From: Coprobacillus sp. CAG:826
GTDB taxonomy: Bacteria; Bacillota_I; Bacilli_A; RFN20; CAG-826
Reading direction: 5' to 3'
Assembly (NCBI GenBank): GCA_000437235.1
Contig: FR897041.1
Span: 20,633 to 66,577 of the forward strand
DNA: 45,945 nt
The notes under the pieces are model-generated. The model had not been told where the DNA came from. It made no database searches and saw only the letters and a program-made list of their open reading frames with translations. Both the position numbers and the translations under genes were made by a program. This document shows positions 1 through 8,786 of the stretch, one piece after another. How positions within the stretch are numbered: the first letter of the stretch is position 1; the number at the start of each line of letters is the position of its first letter.

Positions 1-1679
1 TTCAAGGCGCTAGAGATATCATTGCTGAAATCGTAGCAGATGATGCGGATTATCGTCGCTATGCGCGTTTCTTATTTGAATCGTTTGGTAAAATTGTCAC
101 CAAAGAAAATGTTCCCGATGAAAAAGGCATTTTTGACATGTATAAAGATTATCAAGAAGCCATTAGTAAAATTGCTTCGCACCGTATTTTAGCGATTAAC
201 CGCGGTGAAAACGTAAAAGCGTTAAAAGTAACGTTAGAAGTACCCGATGAAGATATTATTCGCTATATCGTAAGAAAAGTCGTGAAGGAGAATTCACCAT
301 TTAAAGAACAATTACAAATGGCGATTGAAGATGGCTATAAACGTTTAATTCGTCCATCTTTAGAAACCGAAATTCGTAACGCTTTAACCGAAAAAGCCGA
401 AGAAGCATCTTTAGTGGTCTTTAAAGAAAATTTACATCAAGTGCTTTTAGTGGCCCCAATGAAAAATAAAGTGGTTTTAGGCTTAGACCCAGGCTATGCG
501 CATGGTTGTAAAATTGCCGTTATTGATGGTACAGGAAAGGTCTTAGACACTACTGTCGTTTATCCAACTCCACCACGAAATCAAGTCGATGCAGCCAAAA
601 ATATTTTAAGTCGTTTGATTTTAAAATATAAAGTCGATTTAATCGCTATTGGTAATGGTACTGCATCTCGTGAATCGGAATTATTTGTGAAAAACTTAAT
701 TCAAGAATTACATCCAGAACACCCCATTTCATTTGTTATCGTAAATGAAGCCGGCGCTTCTATCTATAGTGCTTCTAAATTAGCAGCGAAAGAATTCCCC
801 GATTATGATGTAAACTTACGTAGCGCGGTTTCAATTGCCCGTCGTTTACAAGATCCATTAGCGGAACTTGTTAAAATTACCCCGGAATCCATCGGTGTTG
901 GTCAATATCAACATGATATGAACCAAAAACGCTTAAAAGAAGTTTTAGGTGGTGTTGTGGAAAATTGTGTAAACACCGTTGGTGTTGACCTCAACAGTGC
1001 GTCTCCTAGCTTATTAGAATACGTTTCCGGTATTTCTTCTACCTTAGCGACTTCTATTGTTTCGTATCGTGAAGAAAATGGCGCCTTTAAAAAGAGAGCA
1101 GATCTTTTAAAAGTACCAAAGTTAGGACCAAAGGCTTATGAACAATGTGCGGGTTTCTTAAGAGTAAGAGATGGTAACCCATTAGATAATACCGGCGTTC
1201 ACCCTGAATCTTATGAAGTCGCTACCAAATTACTTCAACATTTAGGTTATAAAGTTGAAGATATTCAAAAACCGGAAGTGCACGATGCTTTAGAGAACTT
1301 ATATGATATTGCTTCTTTAGCCTCTCAATTAGGTGTTGGTGAACCAACATTAAAAGACATGATTGAAGAAATGAAAAAACCAGGTCGAGACCCACGTGAT
1401 GAAGCAGAAGGACCGGTTTTACGTAGTGATGTTATGTCCATAGAAGACTTAAAAGAAGGCATGATTTTAAAAGGAACGGTCCGTAATATCATGGACTTTG
1501 GTGTCTTCGTTGATATTGGCGTTCACCAAGACGGCTTAGTTCATATTAGTGAATTAGCGTCCCGTTTCGTTAAACATCCACTTGAAGTGGTAAATGTAAA
1601 TGACATCGTTTCTGTTAAGGTTATCGGTGTTGATGTGAAAAAGGGAAGAATCTCTTTAAGCATGAAACAAGCAAAATAA
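1..1679 (+). CDS. tex: Tex-like transcription accessory protein (5'-truncated at window edge; YqgF/RuvC-like, HhH and C-terminal S1 domains)
   Basis: Frame 3 is open from nt 3 with no stop before the listed ORF at 138..1679. The C-terminal S1 domain (GMILKGTVRNIMDFGVFVDIG...) and YqgF-like segment (VLGLDPGYAHGCKIAVIDGTG) match Tex. Confidence 0.8.
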   Translation, partial: QGARDIIAEIVADDADYRRYARFLFESFGKIVTKENVPDEKGIFDMYKDYQEAISKIASHRILAINRGENVKALKVTLEVPDEDIIRYIVRKVVKENSPFKEQLQMAIEDGYKRLIRPSLETEIRNALTEKAEEASLVVFKENLHQVLLVAPMKNKVVLGLDPGYAHGCKIAVIDGTGKVLDTTVVYPTPPRNQVDAAKNILSRLILKYKVDLIAIGNGTASRESELFVKNLIQELHPEHPISFVIVNEAGASIYSASKLAAKEFPDYDVNLRSAVSIARRLQDPLAELVKITPESIGVGQYQHDMNQKRLKEVLGGVVENCVNTVGVDLNSASPSLLEYVSGISSTLATSIVSYREENGAFKKRADLLKVPKLGPKAYEQCAGFLRVRDGNPLDNTGVHPESYEVATKLLQHLGYKVEDIQKPEVHDALENLYDIASLASQLGVGEPTLKDMIEEMKKPGRDPRDEAEGPVLRSDVMSIEDLKEGMILKGTVRNIMDFGVFVDIGVHQDGLVHISELASRFVKHPLEVVNVNDIVSVKVIGVDVKKGRISLSMKQAK

Positions 1680-1684
1680 AAAAT

Positions 1685-1720
1685 AAGAGCTAGGAACGTA
1701 AAAATTCTTAGCTCTTTTTT
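1685..1720. terminator. Intrinsic terminator between convergent tex and lipoprotein gene
   Basis: Hairpin aagagcta...tagctctt followed by a T-run. Confidence 0.5.
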
Positions 1721-1769
1721 AATGAAAAAAACTACGCCTTTTAAAGCGCAGCTTTAAGAATCATGGGGA

Positions 1770-2897
1770 TTATTTGGATGTTGTATTGTCACCAGTATCG
1801 GGGGCTGGTAACCAAGATTCCATATCTTCTGGATAAGTAATGGTATAATTAGCGTCTAATAAGCTAATTTCACTAGAAGCACTAGCCTTTAACTTAATAG
1901 AAGTATCGGATGGGAAGATTTCTAATGAAGCAGCAAAATTAAGCTCGACATCAAGATCTAAAGCAACTGCAGAAATATATTTTCCATCATAAATTGAAAT
2001 AGAGAATTGTGCATTGTTAATTTTTACGATGCTAGATACGAGCGTTTTAATCGTTGTTGCCTTGGCGGTAGTGTTAGCAACTAATTTATTATATTCTTCT
2101 TCAGATAAGTCTGTTTCTCCGGGTGCGGGAAGAGTAGAAGCAAAATACTTATCGATAATATTCTCAATATCGGCATTTGTTAACTTCCAAGAAAGTGTAT
2201 CGGTTTTTTTATTGGTCGATAAATTACAATTTGGTAAGTTCTTAGTGATGACATTGACTGCGTGATCAAACATTGCCATATCTTTTTCATCAATAGAAAT
2301 ATCAGGAATCATATTAATGATTTCCGAAGGTGTTTTTCCTTCTAAATTATTAAGTGTACCTTTAATATCTTCTAACATTGGAGCAATATTCATACCAGTT
2401 TTATTTTCTTCCACTACTGGAGCGTCACCTTCTTTTTCAGCCGGTGTAGTAATGGTGGATTTGGCATAAAGATAGCCCTCTTTTAAATAGGCCTCAGCGG
2501 AAACATTTGCATGCCCACTAATTTCAGTCCCGCTTGCATCGGTAGTGATAGAAGCAGTAGCTTTGCCTGCTTTTGGCATGGCTTCTTCTAAAAGCAACTC
2601 TAAATTAAAGTCACCGGTAGAACTAAGAGCAATAGAGGCACCCTTAACATCCTTATTATCCGTATCTTTATAGTCAGCTTGTTTAAGACTTAAGGATAGT
2701 GATTCGCTTCCTTCGACTTTAAAACCAGCAGCTTTTCCCATTTCTTCTGTGGCGGTTTGTAGTCTCTTCACAGCGACAGCGTTTTCAATTGTTTTAGTGG
2801 TATCTCCCCCATTGTTTTCTCCCCCACAACCAACTAAAGCAAAGATGGACGCAAACGCTAAGACTACTTTACTCATTTTTTTCATAAGATTTATCAT
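1770..2897 (-). CDS. Lipoprotein of unknown function
   Basis: Signal peptide with lipobox (ALVGC|GG) and strongly acidic/Thr-rich mature protein. The start is ambiguous (MINLMKKMSK): an AAAGGAG RBS sits 1 nt before the first ATG and 13 nt before the second. Confidence 0.55.
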   Translation of the reverse strand: MINLMKKMSKVVLAFASIFALVGCGGENNGGDTTKTIENAVAVKRLQTATEEMGKAAGFKVEGSESLSLSLKQADYKDTDNKDVKGASIALSSTGDFNLELLLEEAMPKAGKATASITTDASGTEISGHANVSAEAYLKEGYLYAKSTITTPAEKEGDAPVVEENKTGMNIAPMLEDIKGTLNNLEGKTPSEIINMIPDISIDEKDMAMFDHAVNVITKNLPNCNLSTNKKTDTLSWKLTNADIENIIDKYFASTLPAPGETDLSEEEYNKLVANTTAKATTIKTLVSSIVKINNAQFSISIYDGKYISAVALDLDVELNFAASLEIFPSDTSIKLKASASSEISLLDANYTITYPEDMESWLPAPDTGDNTTSK

Positions 2898-2987
2898 ACT
2901 CCTTTCTTATGTTATTATCATTTTATCATACGTTTAGGCTTTTGTAAAATAGAACTAAGTTAGAAAAAACAATTAAAATAGAACGAA

Positions 2988-3030
2988 AATGCATTGCTTC
3001 CGTTAAAAACAAGCAATGCATCTATTTTTA
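2988..3030. terminator. Hairpin terminator downstream of lipoprotein gene 3033..4820 (minus)
   Basis: Inverted repeat aatgcattgctt / aagcaatgcatt flanked by T/A runs. Confidence 0.5.
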
Positions 3031-3032
3031 TT

Positions 3033-4820
3033 CTATTCGTATTGTTTCAAAGTGTTTTTTAATATCGATAAGAAATTGTTTTCTTTATATTCTAGATTAG
3101 CTTTTACAATATTGATTTCGTTTTTCCAATAAGAAAGATAATTACTTTGTTGTCCCCAGCGATACATCGATGCTAAATGGTATGGTTCAATCTCAGCAAT
3201 CATGTTATCTAATAAAGTAAACACTCTATCGTGATTAAAGGTCGTTTCCATTAATTCCGTAGCTCTTTGATAAAGTTGTTTTCTAAATTGGCTACTTTTC
3301 ATTAATTGAGAAAGAAAGAAAAATCGAGAATAGCTATTATTCACATTTCGATCAAGATAATTGGTATTTTCTCTAAAGGCAAAATCGGTATCGTGAATTA
3401 CAAAACGCCATCTTCCATCGGTATAAGGATTCTTTTCATCAACGGCATAAGTACGCCACATTTTAAGATTGTTGAAGTTACCAACAAAATCCCAGTTACT
3501 ACAATAGGCATTTGCTAGAATGACATCAATAAAGCTATTGATATCAAAATATTCAGAAATGAATTTTTCATAGATTTTCTCGTTGTTTAAATCAAAAGCA
3601 ATGAATTCACGTAAGTCATTTAAACATTCTAAAGCTTGTTCTGGATCACCATCAGAAACATTAAATTGGCCTTTAAAATCATAAAGAATCACATCATCTT
3701 TATCGACCCCATAATGAGAGGAAAAATATTGTTTTTTATAATGTTCTCGAATGGAATAAACGCCCCAATATTCTCCATTAAAATAAGCAATGCAAGGGCG
3801 ATAGCCCGTAGTAGCGACGTTATAATCGTTTTCCATAATGGCTTGCATGAAAGCGTCGTTGAATCCAATACTTTCTTCAAAAGCGTTTCCCCCATTATGT
3901 AAACGGAAACGCGTATATGATTTCACTTTTCCTTTTTCATCTCTTCTTTGACGAGAAGGGAAGATTTGCGCTTTTACCGCTTCATTTTTATTGCCATTTT
4001 CATCTTTATTGAAATTTAAGTTTAAGGTTCTTTGCGGATAACCTAATGTCCAGTTACCGCCGAGTTTTACTTGGGTATTTCGGTAAAAGTATTCATCGGT
4101 TGTTATGTCGTAATACTCTAAATGGGCTCTTTTTTCAATTTCTTCCCGAATTTGATTATAGAAACCATTTTCTCCAAACCAATCTTTATAAGGCATGGAT
4201 AAAGAGACGACAGGAATATTGATTTTATATTCAGGGTCTAAAATGTAGGTTAACGCTCTTCGATAAACGACTTGTTTAGTCTTACGGTTATAGAGCATAA
4301 TCGTAATAACGGTCTGTTTGGGAAGTAAAATATATTTTCCTTGTAATTGAATGTTTTGATTGTAAGCATTAGAGGTACATTTATCGTTTCCTAAATTGGC
4401 TAATATTCCATCCACTGAAGTGGTTAAAGGATAATCTTCTAATTTTTTTGAATTATTCAAACGAACAGGAATTGGTTTCGTGTATTCTTTAGTATAAGTT
4501 CTCGTAGGTGTAGAGCAATCTAACGTATAATAAAGTTCATAGTTGGTGTCAGGTAATAAAAATTCAACATCGAATTCATCAGAATATAAACTAGGTAGAT
4601 AATTTACATAGAGTCCTTCACATAATTGATGATAGCCTTCAATATAAAAAGAAGAAGAACTTAGCGTAGGACTACTAGTTATGAGCGTTGGTGAAGTAGT
4701 AGTGGAAATGGTTGAAGTTGAATCCTTATTTGTAGATGAAGTACTTCCTTGATTTGGAGACGTGGAACAGCCACATAAGAGCAAAATAGAAAGTAAAAAT
4801 AGGCCATTTTTTCTTTTCAT
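3033..4820 (-). CDS. CotH-like (atypical kinase fold) lipoprotein with an S/T-rich linker
   Basis: Lipobox LLLCGC|S, then a Ser/Thr low-complexity linker. The C-terminal region (ANAYCSNWDFVGNFNNLKMWR ... FVIHDTDFAF) resembles the CotH signature (CTQNFDGFVHNYALYRN ... IPWDYDATWG). The start is moved to the ATG at 4820 (MKRKNG), which follows a GAGGTGA RBS; the track's 4832 start is a GTG inside that RBS. Confidence 0.5.
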   Translation of the reverse strand: MKRKNGLFLLSILLLCGCSTSPNQGSTSSTNKDSTSTISTTTSPTLITSSPTLSSSSFYIEGYHQLCEGLYVNYLPSLYSDEFDVEFLLPDTNYELYYTLDCSTPTRTYTKEYTKPIPVRLNNSKKLEDYPLTTSVDGILANLGNDKCTSNAYNQNIQLQGKYILLPKQTVITIMLYNRKTKQVVYRRALTYILDPEYKINIPVVSLSMPYKDWFGENGFYNQIREEIEKRAHLEYYDITTDEYFYRNTQVKLGGNWTLGYPQRTLNLNFNKDENGNKNEAVKAQIFPSRQRRDEKGKVKSYTRFRLHNGGNAFEESIGFNDAFMQAIMENDYNVATTGYRPCIAYFNGEYWGVYSIREHYKKQYFSSHYGVDKDDVILYDFKGQFNVSDGDPEQALECLNDLREFIAFDLNNEKIYEKFISEYFDINSFIDVILANAYCSNWDFVGNFNNLKMWRTYAVDEKNPYTDGRWRFVIHDTDFAFRENTNYLDRNVNNSYSRFFFLSQLMKSSQFRKQLYQRATELMETTFNHDRVFTLLDNMIAEIEPYHLASMYRWGQQSNYLSYWKNEINIVKANLEYKENNFLSILKNTLKQYE

Positions 4821-4841
4821 AAAACACTTCACCTCATTTTT

Positions 4842-4870
4842 ATTGTACTTGTAAGCGCTTTTCCGTGCAA
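4842..4870 (-). promoter_or_regulatory. sigma-A-type promoter for the CotH-like lipoprotein gene
   Basis: On the minus strand: TTGCAC, 17-nt spacer, TACAAT. The spacer contains the palindrome AAGCGCTT. Confidence 0.45.
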
Positions 4871-4915
4871 AGAAAAACGTACATTATCTTTAATGTAAAA
4901 AGAAGAAATACTTCT

Positions 4916-4944
4916 TTGGTTATTGAAAAACTCTATGCTATAAT
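4916..4944 (+). promoter_or_regulatory. sigma-A promoter with extended -10 for the EF-G paralog
   Basis: TTGGTT, 17-nt spacer, TGcTATAAT. Confidence 0.45.
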
Positions 4945-4983
4945 GAAATTAAAGAAAGCGCTTACAGCGGAAAGGAGAAACTT

Positions 4984-7041
4984 ATGTGCATTACACCCGA
5001 TAAAATTCGAAACATCGCCGTCTTAGGCCATCAAGGCGCCGGTAAAACTAGTCTCGTCGAGTCTCTTTTTTATGTCGCATCTCACGGAAACAAAAAAGGT
5101 GAGGTCGAAAAGAGAAATACCATTAGTGATTTTTTAGTGGAGGAACAATCGCGCATGAGTTCAGTCAGTGCTTCGATCGTTCCTCTTTTTTATGAAGGGT
5201 ATAAATTAAATTTGATTGATGTACCAGGAAATGCCGATTTCATTGGTGAAGCTTTAGGTATTACGCGTTTGATTAAAGGCGCAATTCTAGTCATTGATGC
5301 CTCAAGTAAAGTGCAAGTAAGCACGATTCGTCACTATAAATTATTAAGAAAAAGAAAAATTCCAACCATTATCTTTGTCAATAAAATGGATAAGGAAAAT
5401 GTCGATTTTGAAGAAGTATTAACCGATATTAGAAAAAAATTAGGTAAAAAGGCCATTCCATTTTGTTATCCGATTGGCCATGAAGCGAACTTTGATGGTT
5501 TCGTCAATGTCGTTGATTTAAAAGCAAGAAAGTATAATGGGGTCACCTGTGAGGATGCACCGATTTTTGAAGATAAAAAATTAAAAGTATTTGAATTACA
5601 TAATATGATTTGTGAAGCAGTTGCCCAAACCGACGATATTTTATTAGATAAATTCTTCTTAGGAGAACCATTATCTAGAGAAGAAATCCATCAAGGATTA
5701 CGAAAAGGTGTTTTAGATGGTGAACTTGATCCTGTCGTGGTAGGAAGTGCGAAAAAAGACATTGGTATTCACACCCTTTTACAAATGCTCATTGATTATT
5801 TACCGAACCCTAGCGATTTAAAACCATATGTCGCTCATGATGTCGCAGGGAATGAAGTCTATCGTATGACCAAAGAAGAGGAGCCATTCTCCGCATATGT
5901 CTTTAAAACCATTGTTGATCCTTATTTAGGTACCATTCACTATATCAAAGTGAATTCAGGTGAATTAAAATTAGATGATGAAATTTATGTATCTAAAACA
6001 AATAAAGTCGAAACGGTCACCGCACTATATTCGATTTTTGGGAAGAAAATTACACCTGTTACTTCTTTAGGCCCAGGAGATATTGGAGCGATAGGTAAAT
6101 TACAAGATGTGAAAACAGGAATGACACTATCGGACGCTAAAAGTCCAGTTATCTTTAAAGAAGTGGATTATCCAACGGCCGTTATTTTTCAATCCCTTGT
6201 ACTCAATAACCGAAAAGATGAAGATAAAATCGGAAGTATTTTACAAAAAATGCAATTAGAAGATCCAACATTAGAAGTATTGCGGAATAAAGAAACGAAA
6301 CAACTTCTAATCGGTGGCTTAAGCGCAACCCATTTAGCGTATCATTTCGATCGGTTAAAGAATCAATATAAAATTGATTTTACGATAGAAAAGCCACAAA
6401 TTCTTTATAAAGAAACCATTACCAAAGAAGGAAAAGGTCTAGGAAGATATATTAAACAATCGGGTGGATCAGGCTATTATGGTGTCGTTGAAATGAAATT
6501 TGAGCCGAGTTTAGAAACCGAATTCGCCGAAGAAGTTTTTGGTGGCGCGGTACCGAAAAATTATTTCCCAGCCGTTGAAAAAGGCTTTATAGAAGCCTTA
6601 CAAACGGGTCAATTAGCAGGTTTCCCTGTGATACATATTAAAGCCACACTTCTAGACGGCAAATATCATAGTGTGGACTCCAATGAAATGGCCTTTAAAA
6701 TGGCGGCGGTTTTAGCTTTTAAAGATGCTTATATGAAATGTCAACCGACCATTTTAGAACCTGTTTATCGCATCTTTATTCGCATTGAACATCCTTATTT
6801 AGGTGACGTATTATCCGATTTAAATCAAAGAAGAGCAAAAATTATCGCGATTGATGAAGTAGAGCAAGATGTGCAAGAAATAGTGGCTCTAGTTCCTGAA
6901 AGTGAAATTATGGACTATGCGACTTATTTAAAAGCGATGACCCAAGGAAGTGGCTTCTTCAACCGTCAATTTGAAGATTATGAAGAAGTGCCGGAAAATT
7001 TAAAAGAAAAGATTATCAAAGCGCATCAGAAGAAAGCCTAG
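4984..7041 (+). CDS. Elongation factor G family translational GTPase paralog with G3 motif DVPGN (catalytic His replaced by Asn)
   Basis: G1 GHQGAGKTS, G3 DVPGN (EF-G/TetM have DTPGH) and G4 NKMD, with EF-G-like domains II-V co-linear. An AAGGAG RBS lies 6 nt upstream. Confidence 0.75.
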   Translation: MCITPDKIRNIAVLGHQGAGKTSLVESLFYVASHGNKKGEVEKRNTISDFLVEEQSRMSSVSASIVPLFYEGYKLNLIDVPGNADFIGEALGITRLIKGAILVIDASSKVQVSTIRHYKLLRKRKIPTIIFVNKMDKENVDFEEVLTDIRKKLGKKAIPFCYPIGHEANFDGFVNVVDLKARKYNGVTCEDAPIFEDKKLKVFELHNMICEAVAQTDDILLDKFFLGEPLSREEIHQGLRKGVLDGELDPVVVGSAKKDIGIHTLLQMLIDYLPNPSDLKPYVAHDVAGNEVYRMTKEEEPFSAYVFKTIVDPYLGTIHYIKVNSGELKLDDEIYVSKTNKVETVTALYSIFGKKITPVTSLGPGDIGAIGKLQDVKTGMTLSDAKSPVIFKEVDYPTAVIFQSLVLNNRKDEDKIGSILQKMQLEDPTLEVLRNKETKQLLIGGLSATHLAYHFDRLKNQYKIDFTIEKPQILYKETITKEGKGLGRYIKQSGGSGYYGVVEMKFEPSLETEFAEEVFGGAVPKNYFPAVEKGFIEALQTGQLAGFPVIHIKATLLDGKYHSVDSNEMAFKMAAVLAFKDAYMKCQPTILEPVYRIFIRIEHPYLGDVLSDLNQRRAKIIAIDEVEQDVQEIVALVPESEIMDYATYLKAMTQGSGFFNRQFEDYEEVPENLKEKIIKAHQKKA

Positions 7042-7054
7042 TAGACGTTTGATA

Positions 7055-7095
7055 AAATAGGGGAGATCTACCATAGATTTCCCCATTTTATTTTT
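7055..7095 (+). terminator. Intrinsic terminator after the EF-G paralog
   Basis: ggggagatcta...tagatttcccc hairpin followed by a T-run. Confidence 0.5.
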
Positions 7096-7135
7096 ATAAA
7101 AATAAAGGGAAGAAAAAACTCTAAGTGAATAAGTT

Positions 7136-7164
7136 GAAAATATTAAGAACATTCTATATAATGA
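7136..7164 (+). promoter_or_regulatory. sigma-A promoter upstream of coaX
   Basis: TTGAAA, 17-nt spacer, TATAAT. Confidence 0.45.
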
Positions 7165-7210
7165 TTTCGGCACGATACTTACTTTAGTAAGATGGTAGCC
7201 AGGAGGTTTT

Positions 7211-7987
7211 ATGATACTTTTAGTAGATATTGGAAACACAAATATTTACATGGGCATCTATGAAAATCAAAATTGCATTTCGACCTATCGAACCCATACA
7301 GATACGCGGAAAAGCAGTGATGATTATGCAGAAATTGTAAAGAAATTTGTGAACGAAAAAGGAAAAGGAAGAATGCTAGGTGCGATTATTTCTTCCGTCG
7401 TTCCTTCTTTAACAGGAGCGTTAAAAGAAGCACTTGATTCACTTTATGAAGTGAACACAATGGTCGTGGGGCCTAATTTAAAAAGCGGAATGCCCATTAA
7501 AATGGATCACCCTTCCGAAGTGGGCGCTGATTTAATTAGTGTGAGTGTCGGTGGTATCCATCAATATGGTTATCCCTTACTCATTTGTGATTTAGGAACC
7601 GCAACCAAAATTATTGCGATTGATGAAAAAGGCGCATTTGTGGGTGGAGTTGTCATGCCAGGACTAAAGATTTCTTTAGATGCCTTGGTGGGAAATACCG
7701 CTCAACTTCCCGAAATTAATTTAAGTGTTCCTAAAAAAGTGATTGGAAAAAATACGATTGATTCCATGAATAGCGGCACGATTTATGGTCATATTGATGC
7801 TATTTTAGGCTTAGTAAAAAGAATGGAAGAAGAATTAGGTCAACCGGCCAAAAAAATCTTAACCGGTGGTTACGCTAAAACCATTTTAAAAAACATGCCG
7901 CAAGATTTTATTTATGATGAAAAATTGATTTTAGATGGACTTTTCTATCTTTATCAAAGAAATGGTGGTAAAGAAGATGAAAAGTAG
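7211..7987 (+). CDS. coaX: Type III pantothenate kinase
   Basis: N-terminus MILLVDIGNTNIYMGIY and overall ~258-aa CoaX/Bvg accessory factor layout. Confidence 0.85.
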   Translation: MILLVDIGNTNIYMGIYENQNCISTYRTHTDTRKSSDDYAEIVKKFVNEKGKGRMLGAIISSVVPSLTGALKEALDSLYEVNTMVVGPNLKSGMPIKMDHPSEVGADLISVSVGGIHQYGYPLLICDLGTATKIIAIDEKGAFVGGVVMPGLKISLDALVGNTAQLPEINLSVPKKVIGKNTIDSMNSGTIYGHIDAILGLVKRMEEELGQPAKKILTGGYAKTILKNMPQDFIYDEKLILDGLFYLYQRNGGKEDEK

Positions 7988-8759
7988 ACATTTAAAAAAT
8001 ATGACAACGGACGCGATGTTCCTTGCCATTATGTTAATTATGACGTTTGTTCCTTCGTTAGGTTTTATTTCTATTGGTGGGGCAATTTCGATTACTTTAC
8101 TCCATATTATCGTTCTCATTGGTGCGATTTTAATGGGGTGGAAAAGAGGATTACTTTATGGTTTCTTCTTTGGAATACTTTCGTTAATTAAAGCAGCGAC
8201 AAGTCCAGTTTCCATTTTAGATCCTTATTTTGTGAATCCTTTAATTTCTGTTTTACCTCGTGCTGCTTTTGGTTTATTAGCGGGTCTTAGCTTTGACGCC
8301 ATTAAAAAAATGAAGAGCAATGCGATGAAGTCTTTACTTATTCCAGTAGCATCGTTTGTTTTAACCATTTTCCATAGTGTGTTCGTACTCACTTTCTTAG
8401 GATTATTTGGTGGGGTAGAAGCGATGCCGGGATATTGGGGATTAATGGGAGCAACCTTAGCAAGTTCTTCTATAGGAGAAGCCTTAGCGGCTACGATCAT
8501 TGTTTATCCAGTGGCGGTGGCTTTATCGAGAGACTTAATCACCGTACAAGGAGAAGTTGACCATAGTGATATGTTAGCGAGCCTTGGTTTCTTCTTTGCC
8601 TTTTGCCCCATTGTGACTTGGATTATTTGTGGTATTGGTTTACATGAAGCCAAATACTTCCAAAATGAATCAGCGAAAAAGAAAAATATGCGTTATATTA
8701 TCTTTTCGATGATTGTCTTTATTCTTTTCTTAGTTATTTATATGTTAGTTAAAAATTAA
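7977..8759 (+). CDS. ECF transporter S (substrate-capture) component, putatively pantothenate (PanT-like), overlapping coaX
   Basis: Polytopic membrane protein of about 6 TM helices. Start chosen at the ATG at 7977, which follows GGTGG and overlaps the coaX stop. The coaX-PanT pairing is a known genomic association. Confidence 0.5.
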   Translation: MKSRHLKNMTTDAMFLAIMLIMTFVPSLGFISIGGAISITLLHIIVLIGAILMGWKRGLLYGFFFGILSLIKAATSPVSILDPYFVNPLISVLPRAAFGLLAGLSFDAIKKMKSNAMKSLLIPVASFVLTIFHSVFVLTFLGLFGGVEAMPGYWGLMGATLASSSIGEALAATIIVYPVAVALSRDLITVQGEVDHSDMLASLGFFFAFCPIVTWIICGIGLHEAKYFQNESAKKKNMRYIIFSMIVFILFLVIYMLVKN

Positions 8760-8786
8760 ATCAATTCATGTTAGGAGGAGTAATTC

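Noticed and set aside
2014-3902. Small ORFs inside or antisense to the two lipoprotein genes (2014-2265+, 2749-2937+, 3306-3518+, 3636-3902+, 3689-3895-)
   Set aside because: They lie entirely within longer, well-supported CDSs on the opposite strand or in another frame. They have no RBS and low-complexity hydrophobic translations typical of shadow ORFs in AT-rich DNA.
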